From Bacteroidota bacterium (GTDB lineage Bacteria; Bacteroidota; Ignavibacteria; Kryptoniales; JAKASW01), in contig JAJYRM010000004.1 of NCBI GenBank assembly GCA_021794075.1, positions 8,838 to 72,837 of the forward strand: a stretch of 64,000 nt of DNA, in the 5' to 3' direction. The notes beneath the pieces were generated by a model, which was given only the letters and a program-made list of their open reading frames with translations, was not told where the DNA came from and ran no database searches. The position numbers were made by a program, and so were the translations under genes. Positions 26,807 through 35,417 of this stretch are shown piece by piece (positions within the stretch are counted from its first letter, which is position 1; each line of letters starts with the position of its first letter).

Positions 26807-29800
26807 TCACTTTATTAGAATCATCTTCTTAATCATGGCTTTGTTGCCTGCCATCAGTCTGTAGAAATAAACTCCGCTCGCGCAACTCGAACCATTCCAC
26901 ACCGCAGAATGCATTCCAGCGCTCATGTAACTATCGACCAGCGTTGACACCTGCTGGCCGAGCGTGTTGTACACCTTGAGCGTAACATGCGCTGCTTCCG
27001 GTACAGAAAACATAATCGTTGTAGTCGGGTTGAAAGGATTCGGATAGTTTTGCTCCAGGGCAAACTTCGAGGGCGTTTGCACCGAGGCGACAGTATCTAT
27101 TCCGGTAGCCGTCAGCGAACTGGAGGCATTGTTCAATTGCAGATTGTCCAGATAGTATGTCTCGGTTTGGCTGCTGTTCTCCGAAATGTCGATCCGGTCA
27201 AATTGCTGATTAGACGGATTTAGACTGCTCATCGGTACCGTTATCAATGTCCATTTATTAGCGTGAACACTCCCGACAGAGACGGCCTGGAATGAGGTTC
27301 CCGCGTCGCTTTCAAGTCCAACTGTGAAGGACATCTTCGAGCTAGTGTAGACCTCGAACTGGACTGCGCTGTAAAGAGCCGGGTTTATGTACTCCCCGGA
27401 ATTCCACGCGCCATAATGGAGACTCGCCGCTCCCCATTCACCTTGTACAACTGAAATCGAGGAGCTTCCGCCGTAAACCGGGCTGGTGTTTGAGAAGTTG
27501 AGCGTGGCATTCCATGAGGCGTCCATCCACGGAGACTGGAGCGCATCCTGGTAAATTGCCAGGCCGGGAACGGAAGCCACCGAAGGTATTTTGAAGACCC
27601 AGGGGGAAGACCAATTGCTCGTCAAGCTGCCGGAGCTCGCGTCGGCGCGCCAGTAATACGTGTTTCCCGCCTGCAAATTGTTTACGGTAAGGGAATCCGT
27701 CGTCAGGTTGGCGCTATCGACAACGGTCGAAGAGAAAGTACTGTCCGTCGATACCTGTAGTCGGCAGGATGTGGCTCCCGAAGGTATTTTCCATGTCAAC
27801 GTCACCGGGGATGTGACAGTGGAATCAGCTTCGGCAGGTAGCAAGAGTGTCGGCGCCGGAATCGTGGTCAGCTGCAGATTATCGATATAGTAAGTTATTG
27901 GATTGCCGCTCGCGTCTTCGATTACAAGCATGGTGAAGACCTGGTTCGTCGGATCGAGCTCCGACATCGGAATAGTGATGCTTGTCCAGTGATCCGCGGA
28001 AACCGTGCCATAATTGACAGTCGGGAACGTGACTCCCGTCGGACCGCCCATAAGGAACACCGCAAGGTCGATAGAAGAAGCGGAATAGATGTCGAATGTA
28101 ACGTCGGAATACTGCGCCGGGTCAACATTCACCAACGCATTCCATCCTCCGGAAAGGAGCCTGAAACCGCCGGAAGCATTCTGTGCGACGCTAACGGACG
28201 CGGTGCATCCGCTGTAAACTATAGATGTGTTTGCGAAATCGTCAGTCACGTTCCACGAACCATCCGACCAGTTCGACGCCAGCTGGTTCTGGTAAATCCA
28301 AGTCCCCGAAGTGCTGGCTGCGCTAGAGGCGACGGTATTAGAGACCGTTACCGTTACTGAACTGGTTGCTGTGTTACCTGCCGCGTCGCTCGCAACCGCT
28401 GATATCGTGTGGGTGCCGTTTGACAGACCGGATGTGGCCAATGTAGTGGTGTACGGCGAGGTAGTAATAGCGCTTCCATAATTCGTTCCGTCGATCTTAA
28501 ATTGCACGCCAGTTACGCCGACATTGTCGCTGGCGTTTGCTGAAAGCGATATGGTCCCGGACACGGTCGATCCGCTCGAGGGCGACGTGACAGAAACAGT
28601 CGGCGCGGTTGTATCCTTGGTCGAGAGGATGTTTGAAACATTCACGGTGATCGACGCAGTCGAAGAATTGCCCGCGGCGTCCGTTGCCGTCGCGCTTATC
28701 GTGTGCGTGCCGTTAGTTAGCGTCGTAGTGAGAAGGCTTGCTGTAAACGGAGCAACACTGATTGTCGATCCGATCAAACTGCCATCCACTTTGAACGTAA
28801 CGCCTGTAACTCCGACGTTATCGGAAGCGTTAGCCGAAATTGACAGAGTGCCGGACACCGTCGCGCCGTTCGTCGGCGAGGAAATCGAAATAGAGGGAGG
28901 AATCGTGTCGGTCGGCACCGCTGTAGTACCGCCGCCCATCTCTTTCTTCACGTACGCCAGCAAGGGATAAGTGCCGTTGCCCGGGTATCCCATGCCGAGA
29001 GAATAGATGATCAATCCGCCGAGTCCCTTGCTGTTTATGTAGTTAAACTTGGCATTGACATCGCTCGTGTCTTCAAAGCTTATGAAGTAATCGCTGGAGT
29101 TGGTCGAGCCGGTCGTGCTGAGGTAAGACGCCTGGGCCTGACTGTCCCAGTGATAGTCCTGGGCATTGTAATATTTTTGCATGATTCCGGAGCCGTCCGA
29201 CGCATAAAGGGGCACGTCTTCCTGTACGGTGGGAGCTGTTGACCATGCCTGGTTTGGTCCGGTTACACCGGCGCCGTTCGTCATCGTGCCGCCGTTCCAC
29301 ACTGTCCCGGCGAACTCGGAGCCTATGCCGAGTTTAGATGCGGACACACCGGCGCTTTCATAACTGGCAACCTGTGAATTGACGTTGGATGAAGCTTCCG
29401 ACCCGTTTGTTGAGGCCGTGCCGTAAGAATATACAGAGCTGTTGTACCATGACACCCATCCCTGCCACGGGCCGGCCATATCGTATGTCATGATATTTAT
29501 CTGGTTAACTTCCGACTGGACGGCCGCCATCGCGGTAGGATCTCCGGCAGTCGTCGTAATCAGATAGGAGCTCCCCAGCGCGGAGCGAAGAGCCTTAATC
29601 AGCGCCTCGTACTGCGCGTCGTCGGTTGAGGCTTCCGGTTCCCAGTCGATATCTACGCCGTCCATATTATTGTTCTTTACAAAAGCGACGATGTTAGAGA
29701 CGAACGTGTTAAGGTTCGTCGAGTTCGTGGCGCCCTGGAATCCGCTCTCGGTATTCCATCCGCCAACGCAGATAAGCACTTTGGTGCCGCTGGCATGCGC

Positions 29801-30082
29801 CGCTGTGGTAAGCGCCGTGGCACCGGTTGTCGAAATGCCGTTGCTCGCTAAATCGAGCGATCCGTCCGCGTTAGGCACGATCGCGAAATAGACAACGTCG
29901 GTCATCGCGCTAAAATCGACATCTGCGACCGGCATGTACCCGTTTGATCCATCTCCTAACTCCCACCCGCAATAATAAGCAGTCACCCACGGCTTGGCCT
30001 GTACTTTCGCTGCCGCAATCGACATGAGAAATATCAGCGCCGCGGTCAACAAACCTCGGTATCTATTCTCGAACTTTTTCAT
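26807..30082 (-). CDS. Multidomain GH18 (paralog 5): GH18 + 2 Ig-like + CBM-like + FN3-like + CBM-like + T9SS CTD
   Basis: 1091 aa. WVTAYYCGWE, CVGGW, MDGVDIDWE, MTYD. Two repeats ..SGT(L/I)S(I/L)SANASDNVGVTGV.FK(V/I)DG... One YYWRADAS FN3-like module of the same type as in 2499-6572. CTD QNYPNPFNPTT...IKKMILIK. AAGGAG Shine-Dalgarno. Confidence 0.9.
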   Translation of the reverse strand: MKKFENRYRGLLTAALIFLMSIAAAKVQAKPWVTAYYCGWELGDGSNGYMPVADVDFSAMTDVVYFAIVPNADGSLDLASNGISTTGATALTTAAHASGTKVLICVGGWNTESGFQGATNSTNLNTFVSNIVAFVKNNNMDGVDIDWEPEASTDDAQYEALIKALRSALGSSYLITTTAGDPTAMAAVQSEVNQINIMTYDMAGPWQGWVSWYNSSVYSYGTASTNGSEASSNVNSQVASYESAGVSASKLGIGSEFAGTVWNGGTMTNGAGVTGPNQAWSTAPTVQEDVPLYASDGSGIMQKYYNAQDYHWDSQAQASYLSTTGSTNSSDYFISFEDTSDVNAKFNYINSKGLGGLIIYSLGMGYPGNGTYPLLAYVKKEMGGGTTAVPTDTIPPSISISSPTNGATVSGTLSISANASDNVGVTGVTFKVDGSLIGSTISVAPFTASLLTTTLTNGTHTISATATDAAGNSSTASITVNVSNILSTKDTTAPTVSVTSPSSGSTVSGTISLSANASDNVGVTGVQFKIDGTNYGSAITTSPYTTTLATSGLSNGTHTISAVASDAAGNTATSSVTVTVSNTVASSAASTSGTWIYQNQLASNWSDGSWNVTDDFANTSIVYSGCTASVSVAQNASGGFRLLSGGWNALVNVDPAQYSDVTFDIYSASSIDLAVFLMGGPTGVTFPTVNYGTVSADHWTSITIPMSELDPTNQVFTMLVIEDASGNPITYYIDNLQLTTIPAPTLLLPAEADSTVTSPVTLTWKIPSGATSCRLQVSTDSTFSSTVVDSANLTTDSLTVNNLQAGNTYYWRADASSGSLTSNWSSPWVFKIPSVASVPGLAIYQDALQSPWMDASWNATLNFSNTSPVYGGSSSISVVQGEWGAASLHYGAWNSGEYINPALYSAVQFEVYTSSKMSFTVGLESDAGTSFQAVSVGSVHANKWTLITVPMSSLNPSNQQFDRIDISENSSQTETYYLDNLQLNNASSSLTATGIDTVASVQTPSKFALEQNYPNPFNPTTTIMFSVPEAAHVTLKVYNTLGQQVSTLVDSYMSAGMHSAVWNGSSCASGVYFYRLMAGNKAMIKKMILIK

Positions 30083-30537
30083 TTGTTCTCCTTGCTTTGT
30101 AATCCGTTGCTCGAAGCATCATTAACGGAATCGATGTTGTTCTTGACAGCCTTCTCATAGGAGAGAGCCGTCAGGCAATCGATGAATTGGTTCAGTTGAG
30201 TCGTGAGGCTGAATACGAATGTGGCGCCCGCTTCCTTCCAGACTTCCTCTCCCGCCGAGTTGAACGGCAGAGTCAGCACTACAATAATCACATCCGGATT
30301 GATTCGCCGGATTACCGGGACCACGCCTGTTCCCAGGCGTCCGAATTTCGGGAGCACTACGACTACCACATCTGGACAAGTTGATAGGACTTCGCACACG
30401 ACGTTGACTTCATCAGCTACGTCGCTTACGCATTCGACATTCGGGATTTCCGAAATGATCGCTCGAAGTTTCGGGCGCATTATCTCCGAATCGGTGGCTA
30501 GTAAAATTCTCATCATATTCTCACGCCTGTTTTTCAT
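30079..30537 (-). CDS. Stand-alone receiver-fold protein lacking the phospho-acceptor Asp (pseudo-receiver)
   Basis: 152 aa. CheY-like layout (RILLATDS...PDVVVVVLPKFG...IIVVLTLP...FVFSL), but the D57-equivalent is Val/Leu and the K109-equivalent is Ser. The stop overlaps the GH18 start in an ATGA (30079-30082). Confidence 0.65.
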   Translation of the reverse strand: MKNRRENMMRILLATDSEIMRPKLRAIISEIPNVECVSDVADEVNVVCEVLSTCPDVVVVVLPKFGRLGTGVVPVIRRINPDVIIVVLTLPFNSAGEEVWKEAGATFVFSLTTQLNQFIDCLTALSYEKAVKNNIDSVNDASSNGLQSKENK

Positions 30538-30692
30538 TTTTTGCGTTAGAAAATTAGCAGGGAGCGAAAAGGGCGGGTATCGGTAAATGCCCGATTTTCA
30601 AGTAGGATAGGGGGATAGCCGGGTGTGGGAATAAAGGAAACAACCTTGTAGCGAAAAGTACTACAAGGACGAGTCGGGGGAGGATAAATTAA

Positions 30693-30796
30693 CGGAATGG
30701 TGGAATAATGGAAGCTTGGATTGATGGAACTATGGAATAGGCAGAGCGAATTAGTGGGGATCGCTTGAACATTGGATTGTTGGATTGGTGGATTAA
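30693..30796 (+). repeat. Phased octanucleotide repeat tract (YGGAnnnn)
   Basis: 13 consecutive in-phase 8-mers. Nine begin YGGA: cggaatgg tggaataa tggaagct tggattga tggaacta tggaatag at 30693-30740, then tggattgt tggattgg tggattaa at 30773-30796. A tenth begins GGGA. The strand is very C-poor. Confidence 0.7.
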
Positions 30797-31097
30797 GCCG
30801 GGGATGGTTGAATAGAAGTTGGGTTCGAAAAGGAAGAGGGTCAGATGTTTTGGGGATGAGGATAGAGCTCTGTGCAGTTATGCCAAGTATAGTATCGCGA
30901 CTTTCGACTCAACGGAGTTGAGCAACAGAAACCCGATACTAACCACCATGCTCTGTGGCGCTTTCCCGACTACGAAGTAAACGGCGATGAGCGGGCACTG
31001 ACACTGTCTTACTCAGCGAGACTTTCACCTCCGCGGCGAGGCGGCTTCGATCACGCAATCCTGGCCTCGTTTCGCGCGCCTCTCGGCCGCGCTGTGG

Positions 31098-31113
31098 TGG
31101 CACAGGGTTTGAG
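31098..31113 (+). promoter_or_regulatory. sigma54-like -24/-12 element upstream of the BNR/FN3 T9SS cargo gene
   Basis: tGGCACAgggtTTGAG. It follows the same pattern as the six paired copies and lies about 245 nt upstream of ATG 31360. Confidence 0.4.
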
Positions 31114-31210
31114 TTTGTTGTCATCAATCCGGTACTCTGGTTTCACCATTTCAGGGTGTCGCAACAGACGCCGCAGACTCTCTTGAAACGGAAAGGTTTC
31201 AGTATGCAAG

Positions 31211-31272
31211 ACCTCTACAGGCTCATCGCAGGTGATCACATTTTCCTGAAGAACATATTGCTGGTGAAATAA
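31211..31272 (+). repeat. Orphan copy of the last 62 nt (T9SS CTD end + stop) of gene 31360-33402
   Basis: 31211-31253 is identical over 43 nt to 33341-33383. The remaining 19 nt have 5 mismatches. It encodes ..LYRLIAGDHIFLKNILLVK* against ..LYRLIAGDHIFLKKMMLVK*. There is no similarity 5' of the repeat. Confidence 0.85.
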
Positions 31273-31359
31273 CCATCGCATAATAAACACGCCGCTTCGG
31301 TGGGCGGTCCGCACGTAGGATTGTACTGCCGCTCCGGCCATAACTAACAAGAGGCTAAC

Positions 31360-33402
31360 ATGAAAAATATAATCAAGATACCGATGCTCGTCGCACCAAT
31401 CTTCTTTCTCTCTACCTTCTTCACAAGCGCTGCCTTTGCGCAGCAGGGATGGGTACCCGAGAAGAGCGGAACGTCAAATAATCTCTACGCCGTCTCTTTT
31501 CCCGATACAATGACTGCATACGTCGTCGGCGCCGGCGGCGCAATACTAAAGAGCACAGACGGAGGAGTGACCTGGACAAGCCAGACGAGCGGAACAACTC
31601 AGTCCCTGCTGGGGATTACTTTCACAAATGTCGACACCGGAACCGTTGTCGGCGGCGGCGGAACGATTCTACACACCACAAATGGCGGAGTGACGTGGCT
31701 GAAACAAACCAGCGGCACAGGTACCAACCTCCGTGCGGTTTCCTTCTTCCACGGCAACAACGGTATGGCAGTGGGAGACGGAGGAACAATACTCTACACA
31801 AGCGACGGTGGTACGACATGGAATAGGCAGAACAGTGGAGTAACAAACAAACTGACGGGCGTCTCATCCGTAAATGACAGCACATGGGTAGCAGTAGGAG
31901 TCGGGACACCTTTTGGCGGTTCCAGCGGCGAAGCTCCCGTTCTACGCACAACAAATGCGGGAAGTACCTGGAATCAGGTAACCAATATATACAGGTTGCA
32001 AACAAGACAACTGGAGACGCTAAATGCTGTCTCCTTTAGAAGTAATCTTGGACTTGCCGCTGGATACTCTGAAGGGCAAACCGGATTAACGGGACCTATC
32101 GAATTCATCACCAGCGACGGAGGCGCCTCCTGGAACGAGAAGAGCGAAGGCGCATCACTTCATGGCTGCTCCTATGCGGAGGCATCAGCATGGTATGCAG
32201 TCGGATATCCGGGGATGATCGTTCGAAACGGCGCCGTCCAAACTCTCGGAAGAGCTAATCAATACGCTACGTTGAATGCCGTGGCATTTGCGAACGGCGC
32301 TAAAGGTATTGTTCTAGCAGGGAACACAATCCTTAGAACAACCGACGGCGGGATTGCCCCTCCGTATGCTCCCGCATTAGCTGTGCCCGCAAACGGTACA
32401 ACAAATTCTCCTACAAATCCATCTTTCAAGTCTACAGATTCATGCTGGGTAACCGGCTCACGCATACAAATATCGCCGGACAGCAGTTTCCTGTCAGTAG
32501 TCTATGATACTTCGCACGGACCTGGCGCATACGGCAGTGTTCAAGTGTACCAGGCGCAGGGGCTCGCACAAGGTACCACTTACTATTGGAGAGTCAGAAC
32601 AAGCAATGCTTACGGGAACAGCCCGTGGTCTCAAGTCTGGCACTTCACGACTCAAGGTAATCCTGATCTGGCGGTCTACGACTCGACTCTCCAGTCTCCA
32701 TGGACCGATGTGTCGTGGGGAGCTTCCGTTACCTACACCGACTCCAACGCCATCAGCGTAAATGCCGACGCATGGGGAGCCCTGAGTCTGCTCGACGGTT
32801 CCTGGAGCACTCAGGACTCGGTCAACCCTTCCATGTACACCAGCTTCAACTTCTCCTTCATGGGCACACAGGAGTTCGGCGTCTTCCTCCAGACCGATTC
32901 AGGACAGTCCCTTCCCTGCGTCGATACCACGCTTACAGAATCAGGGTGGGTAAATGTATCCATTCCGGTGAGCCAACTCGACCCCAACGGCACAAAATTC
33001 AGCAGGCTGACATTCCAGTCCGATGAGGCATCTGCCTACCGGTTCTATGTAAGAGACTTGAGGTTTGTCGGACTCGGGCAGTCATCCAAGGCATTCAGAC
33101 AATTGTCTCCTTTGGCCGGAGTCGGTACGGAAGTTCCAAAATCATTCAGCCTCGCACAGAACTATCCCAACCCGTTCAATCCCACAACGACGATCGACTA
33201 TCAGATCCGCAACCCGAGCCACGTCTCGCTGACCGTCTATGATGTACTCGGCAGAGTTGTTCAAACGCTGGTCAACACAAACCAGCAGGCTGGATCGTAT
33301 TCAGTCTCCTTCAACGCTTCCGGCCTTGCCAGCGGTGTGTACCTCTACAGGCTCATCGCAGGTGATCACATTTTCCTGAAGAAAATGATGTTGGTGAAAT
33401 AG
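31360..33402 (+). CDS. T9SS-secreted protein: BNR/Asp-box (Ycf48-like) propeller + FN3-like + CBM-like + CTD
   Basis: 680 aa. Signal peptide. Five Asp-boxes (STDGGVTW, TTNGGVTW, TSDGGTTW, TTNAGSTW, TSDGGASW). One TTYYWRVRTS module. CTD QNYPNPFNPTT...LKKMMLVK. Confidence 0.9.
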   Translation: MKNIIKIPMLVAPIFFLSTFFTSAAFAQQGWVPEKSGTSNNLYAVSFPDTMTAYVVGAGGAILKSTDGGVTWTSQTSGTTQSLLGITFTNVDTGTVVGGGGTILHTTNGGVTWLKQTSGTGTNLRAVSFFHGNNGMAVGDGGTILYTSDGGTTWNRQNSGVTNKLTGVSSVNDSTWVAVGVGTPFGGSSGEAPVLRTTNAGSTWNQVTNIYRLQTRQLETLNAVSFRSNLGLAAGYSEGQTGLTGPIEFITSDGGASWNEKSEGASLHGCSYAEASAWYAVGYPGMIVRNGAVQTLGRANQYATLNAVAFANGAKGIVLAGNTILRTTDGGIAPPYAPALAVPANGTTNSPTNPSFKSTDSCWVTGSRIQISPDSSFLSVVYDTSHGPGAYGSVQVYQAQGLAQGTTYYWRVRTSNAYGNSPWSQVWHFTTQGNPDLAVYDSTLQSPWTDVSWGASVTYTDSNAISVNADAWGALSLLDGSWSTQDSVNPSMYTSFNFSFMGTQEFGVFLQTDSGQSLPCVDTTLTESGWVNVSIPVSQLDPNGTKFSRLTFQSDEASAYRFYVRDLRFVGLGQSSKAFRQLSPLAGVGTEVPKSFSLAQNYPNPFNPTTTIDYQIRNPSHVSLTVYDVLGRVVQTLVNTNQQAGSYSVSFNASGLASGVYLYRLIAGDHIFLKKMMLVK

Positions 33403-33436
33403 AGAGGAAAGGTCGTACCACAGCCCAACACAAAAA

Positions 33437-33475
33437 AGCCCCGTCGTTAACTTCACGGCGGGGCTTCTTTCTTCT
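33437..33475. terminator. Bidirectional Rho-independent terminator between convergent genes
   Basis: AGCCCCGTCG-ttaacttca-CGGCGGGGCT (10 bp, one G-U pair). It is flanked by A6 upstream and TCTTTCTTCT downstream. Confidence 0.7.
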
Positions 33476-33545
33476 GGTTGGTAGTTGGGGCTACCTCAGG
33501 TTTTTTCCATTCGACCGGAGAACTATGAGTAACACGCCCTGACAC

Positions 33546-34361
33546 CTATTGTGCGAACCAGTAGCTGTAGTTGGTCTTTTCGAATTCTAAATGTTTTCTT
33601 TCTTTGACCACCCTTGCTGGGTTCCCGCCGACAATAGAGTATTGTGGAACATCCTTGACGACCACCGATCCAGGAAGGACAACGGCCCCTTTCCCGATCG
33701 TTACGCCAGGCATGACAAGAGCGTTAGAGAACACGAACACGTCGTCCTCAATAACAACAGGCCTCCCGATCAGATGCAGATCCGGGGAATTCACGTCGTG
33801 TCCGAGAGTATAGATTTTTGTTCCGTGTGCTATGTTGACGTTGTTCCCGATGCGTATCCCGCTTCTGTTGTCAAGGTAACAATGAGGATTCACAGTCACA
33901 TTGTCTCCGACTACGAGATTCCTGCGTGAGAAGAACTTCACCGGGATGTGGATGTATGTCTGTTTGCCAATCTGAAAGCCAGCAGCTTTCATGAATAGCT
34001 TTTTCAATCTGAAGAATGGGGCGGCATTGTAAAGGAAGTTGAAACAGAGGACCGCCACAAAATAGATCTCATTTCTCAGCCACTCCTTCCTACCTTCACG
34101 GCGGCTAATTTTGCCCGCCGAAGGGGGACCGACAAACCGCGTCGTGTCGCCAAGATTGTCCGGCGCATCCCGTCCTGGAAGGACGCCCTCTATCTGAAAG
34201 TTCGCCATCTGTGGAATCTCCATTCTCCCTGTCTCAGCATGAGAGCCGGGTCTGTATTGCATAGTCATCTTCCGCCACCTTTCTGAATTTTCGATATCTG
34301 TTACTCGTGACTCGATCCACCAGTTGTTATCCGATAACCGATTTATCCAGTAATCACCCAA
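33546..34361 (-). CDS. Hexapeptide-repeat (LbH) O-acyltransferase, WcaF-like, with long N-terminal extension
   Basis: The C-terminal 170 aa show the LbH pattern (IGKQTYIH..VVGDNVTVNPHCYLDN.SGIRIGNNVNIAHG...PVVIEDDVFVFSNALVMPGVTIGKGAVVLPGSVVVKDVPQYSIVGGNPARV). The true start is uncertain (internal Met codons). Confidence 0.75.
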   Translation of the reverse strand: MGDYWINRLSDNNWWIESRVTDIENSERWRKMTMQYRPGSHAETGRMEIPQMANFQIEGVLPGRDAPDNLGDTTRFVGPPSAGKISRREGRKEWLRNEIYFVAVLCFNFLYNAAPFFRLKKLFMKAAGFQIGKQTYIHIPVKFFSRRNLVVGDNVTVNPHCYLDNRSGIRIGNNVNIAHGTKIYTLGHDVNSPDLHLIGRPVVIEDDVFVFSNALVMPGVTIGKGAVVLPGSVVVKDVPQYSIVGGNPARVVKERKHLEFEKTNYSYWFAQ

Positions 34362-34409
34362 ACTCTTGCCTCCTTAATCCAAGTTTCCATGATTCCGTTT
34401 CCCAATTGT

Positions 34410-35054
34410 TCACTCTATCAGATGTTTTTCGATCGCGTACATGGTGAGCTCAGTGACGCTTTTCATATTCATTTTTTCCATAACTCTCGATTTGTAAGTG
34501 TTGACGGTATGGATACTAATGGAAAGTTCGTCGGCGATTTCCTTGACCTTCTTCCCCTGGGCGAGTGCTCGCATTATTTGGAACTCCCTGTTCGAGAGGA
34601 CCTCGTGCGGCTGCTTCTCGAGATCTCTATCGAGTTCGGAAGCAAGCTGTTCGGCCAGCGAACCCGTAATGTATTTTTTCTTTTTCGCCAGGGTGCGGAC
34701 AGCCGCGATGATTTCCTCGGGGGCGGTCTCTTTCGTCAGATAGCCTGATGCTCCTGACTTCAAAGCGCGAACGGCGAAGCGTTCCTCCGGGTGCATTGTC
34801 AATACAAGGATGGGAAGCTTCGGATAGCGATGCTTCAGGTCGCCCAGAAGGCTCAGAGTTCCTTTGCCCGGCATCGAGAGGTCAGTTATAAGCACATCGG
34901 GTTCGGCCTTCTCGACCCCGTCAAGGAGTTCCTGTTCGTTGGACCCCTCGCCTATCACCTTGAGATCGCCTTCCGCCTCGAGGATTTCCCTGAGTCCTTT
35001 CCTGACCAGCGGATGATCGTCGGCAATAAAAAGTCTAATCATGTGTTCATTCAA
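34410..35054 (-). CDS. NarL/LuxR-family response regulator (REC + HTH)
   Basis: 214 aa. IADDHPLV, PDVLITDLSMPG, VLVLTMH, GYLTKE. HTH LSNREFQIMRALAQGKKVKEIADELSISIHTVNTYKSRVMEKM. Confidence 0.9.
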   Translation of the reverse strand: MNEHMIRLFIADDHPLVRKGLREILEAEGDLKVIGEGSNEQELLDGVEKAEPDVLITDLSMPGKGTLSLLGDLKHRYPKLPILVLTMHPEERFAVRALKSGASGYLTKETAPEEIIAAVRTLAKKKKYITGSLAEQLASELDRDLEKQPHEVLSNREFQIMRALAQGKKVKEIADELSISIHTVNTYKSRVMEKMNMKSVTELTMYAIEKHLIE

Positions 35055-35074
35055 GTATGTATACAGATGGATAG

Positions 35075-35090
35075 CTCAACATCTGTGCCA
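35075..35090 (-). promoter_or_regulatory. sigma54-like -24/-12 element facing the response-regulator gene
   Basis: Minus-strand reading tGGCACAgatgTTGAG, ending 20 nt before ATG 35054. Confidence 0.4.
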
Positions 35091-35313
35091 TCACGCTTCG
35101 AGGGTTCACCCCCGCAAATTCTCATTGTATTACGGCAAAATCATAGAGACAGGGTTAGTCAGCCGCCTGAGTGTGTATTTTGGATACTTGCCCAAAGCCA
35201 TCGGTGGTGCCGATGCACACACCAGATTCCAATTTATTGCGACTCACAATTCGGCACATGCGGATTCAAGCCTCAATTGCGAAGTCAGCGCGAGATTTCC
35301 CGGGTAATCCTCA

Positions 35314-35329
35314 CGGCATGTCCTTTGAG
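35314..35329 (+). promoter_or_regulatory. sigma54-like -24/-12 element facing the 12-kb Wzy-to-acetyltransferase operon
   Basis: cGGCATGtcctTTGAG, 88 nt upstream of a 55-codon ORF (35418) and 263 nt upstream of ATG 35593. Confidence 0.45.
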
Positions 35330-35417
35330 TTAATACTCAGGAGAAGTTCAACAGAAAAGAAATGGAATCGATGACGCAGGCACACAAAATAACATTTCAA
35401 ATTTCTTCGGCAAATCA

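Noticed and set aside
31051-31350. A 99-aa minus-strand ORF upstream of the BNR gene.
   Set aside because: It is antisense to the orphan CTD fragment (31211-31272) and has no start context or motifs. It is most likely a by-product of that remnant.
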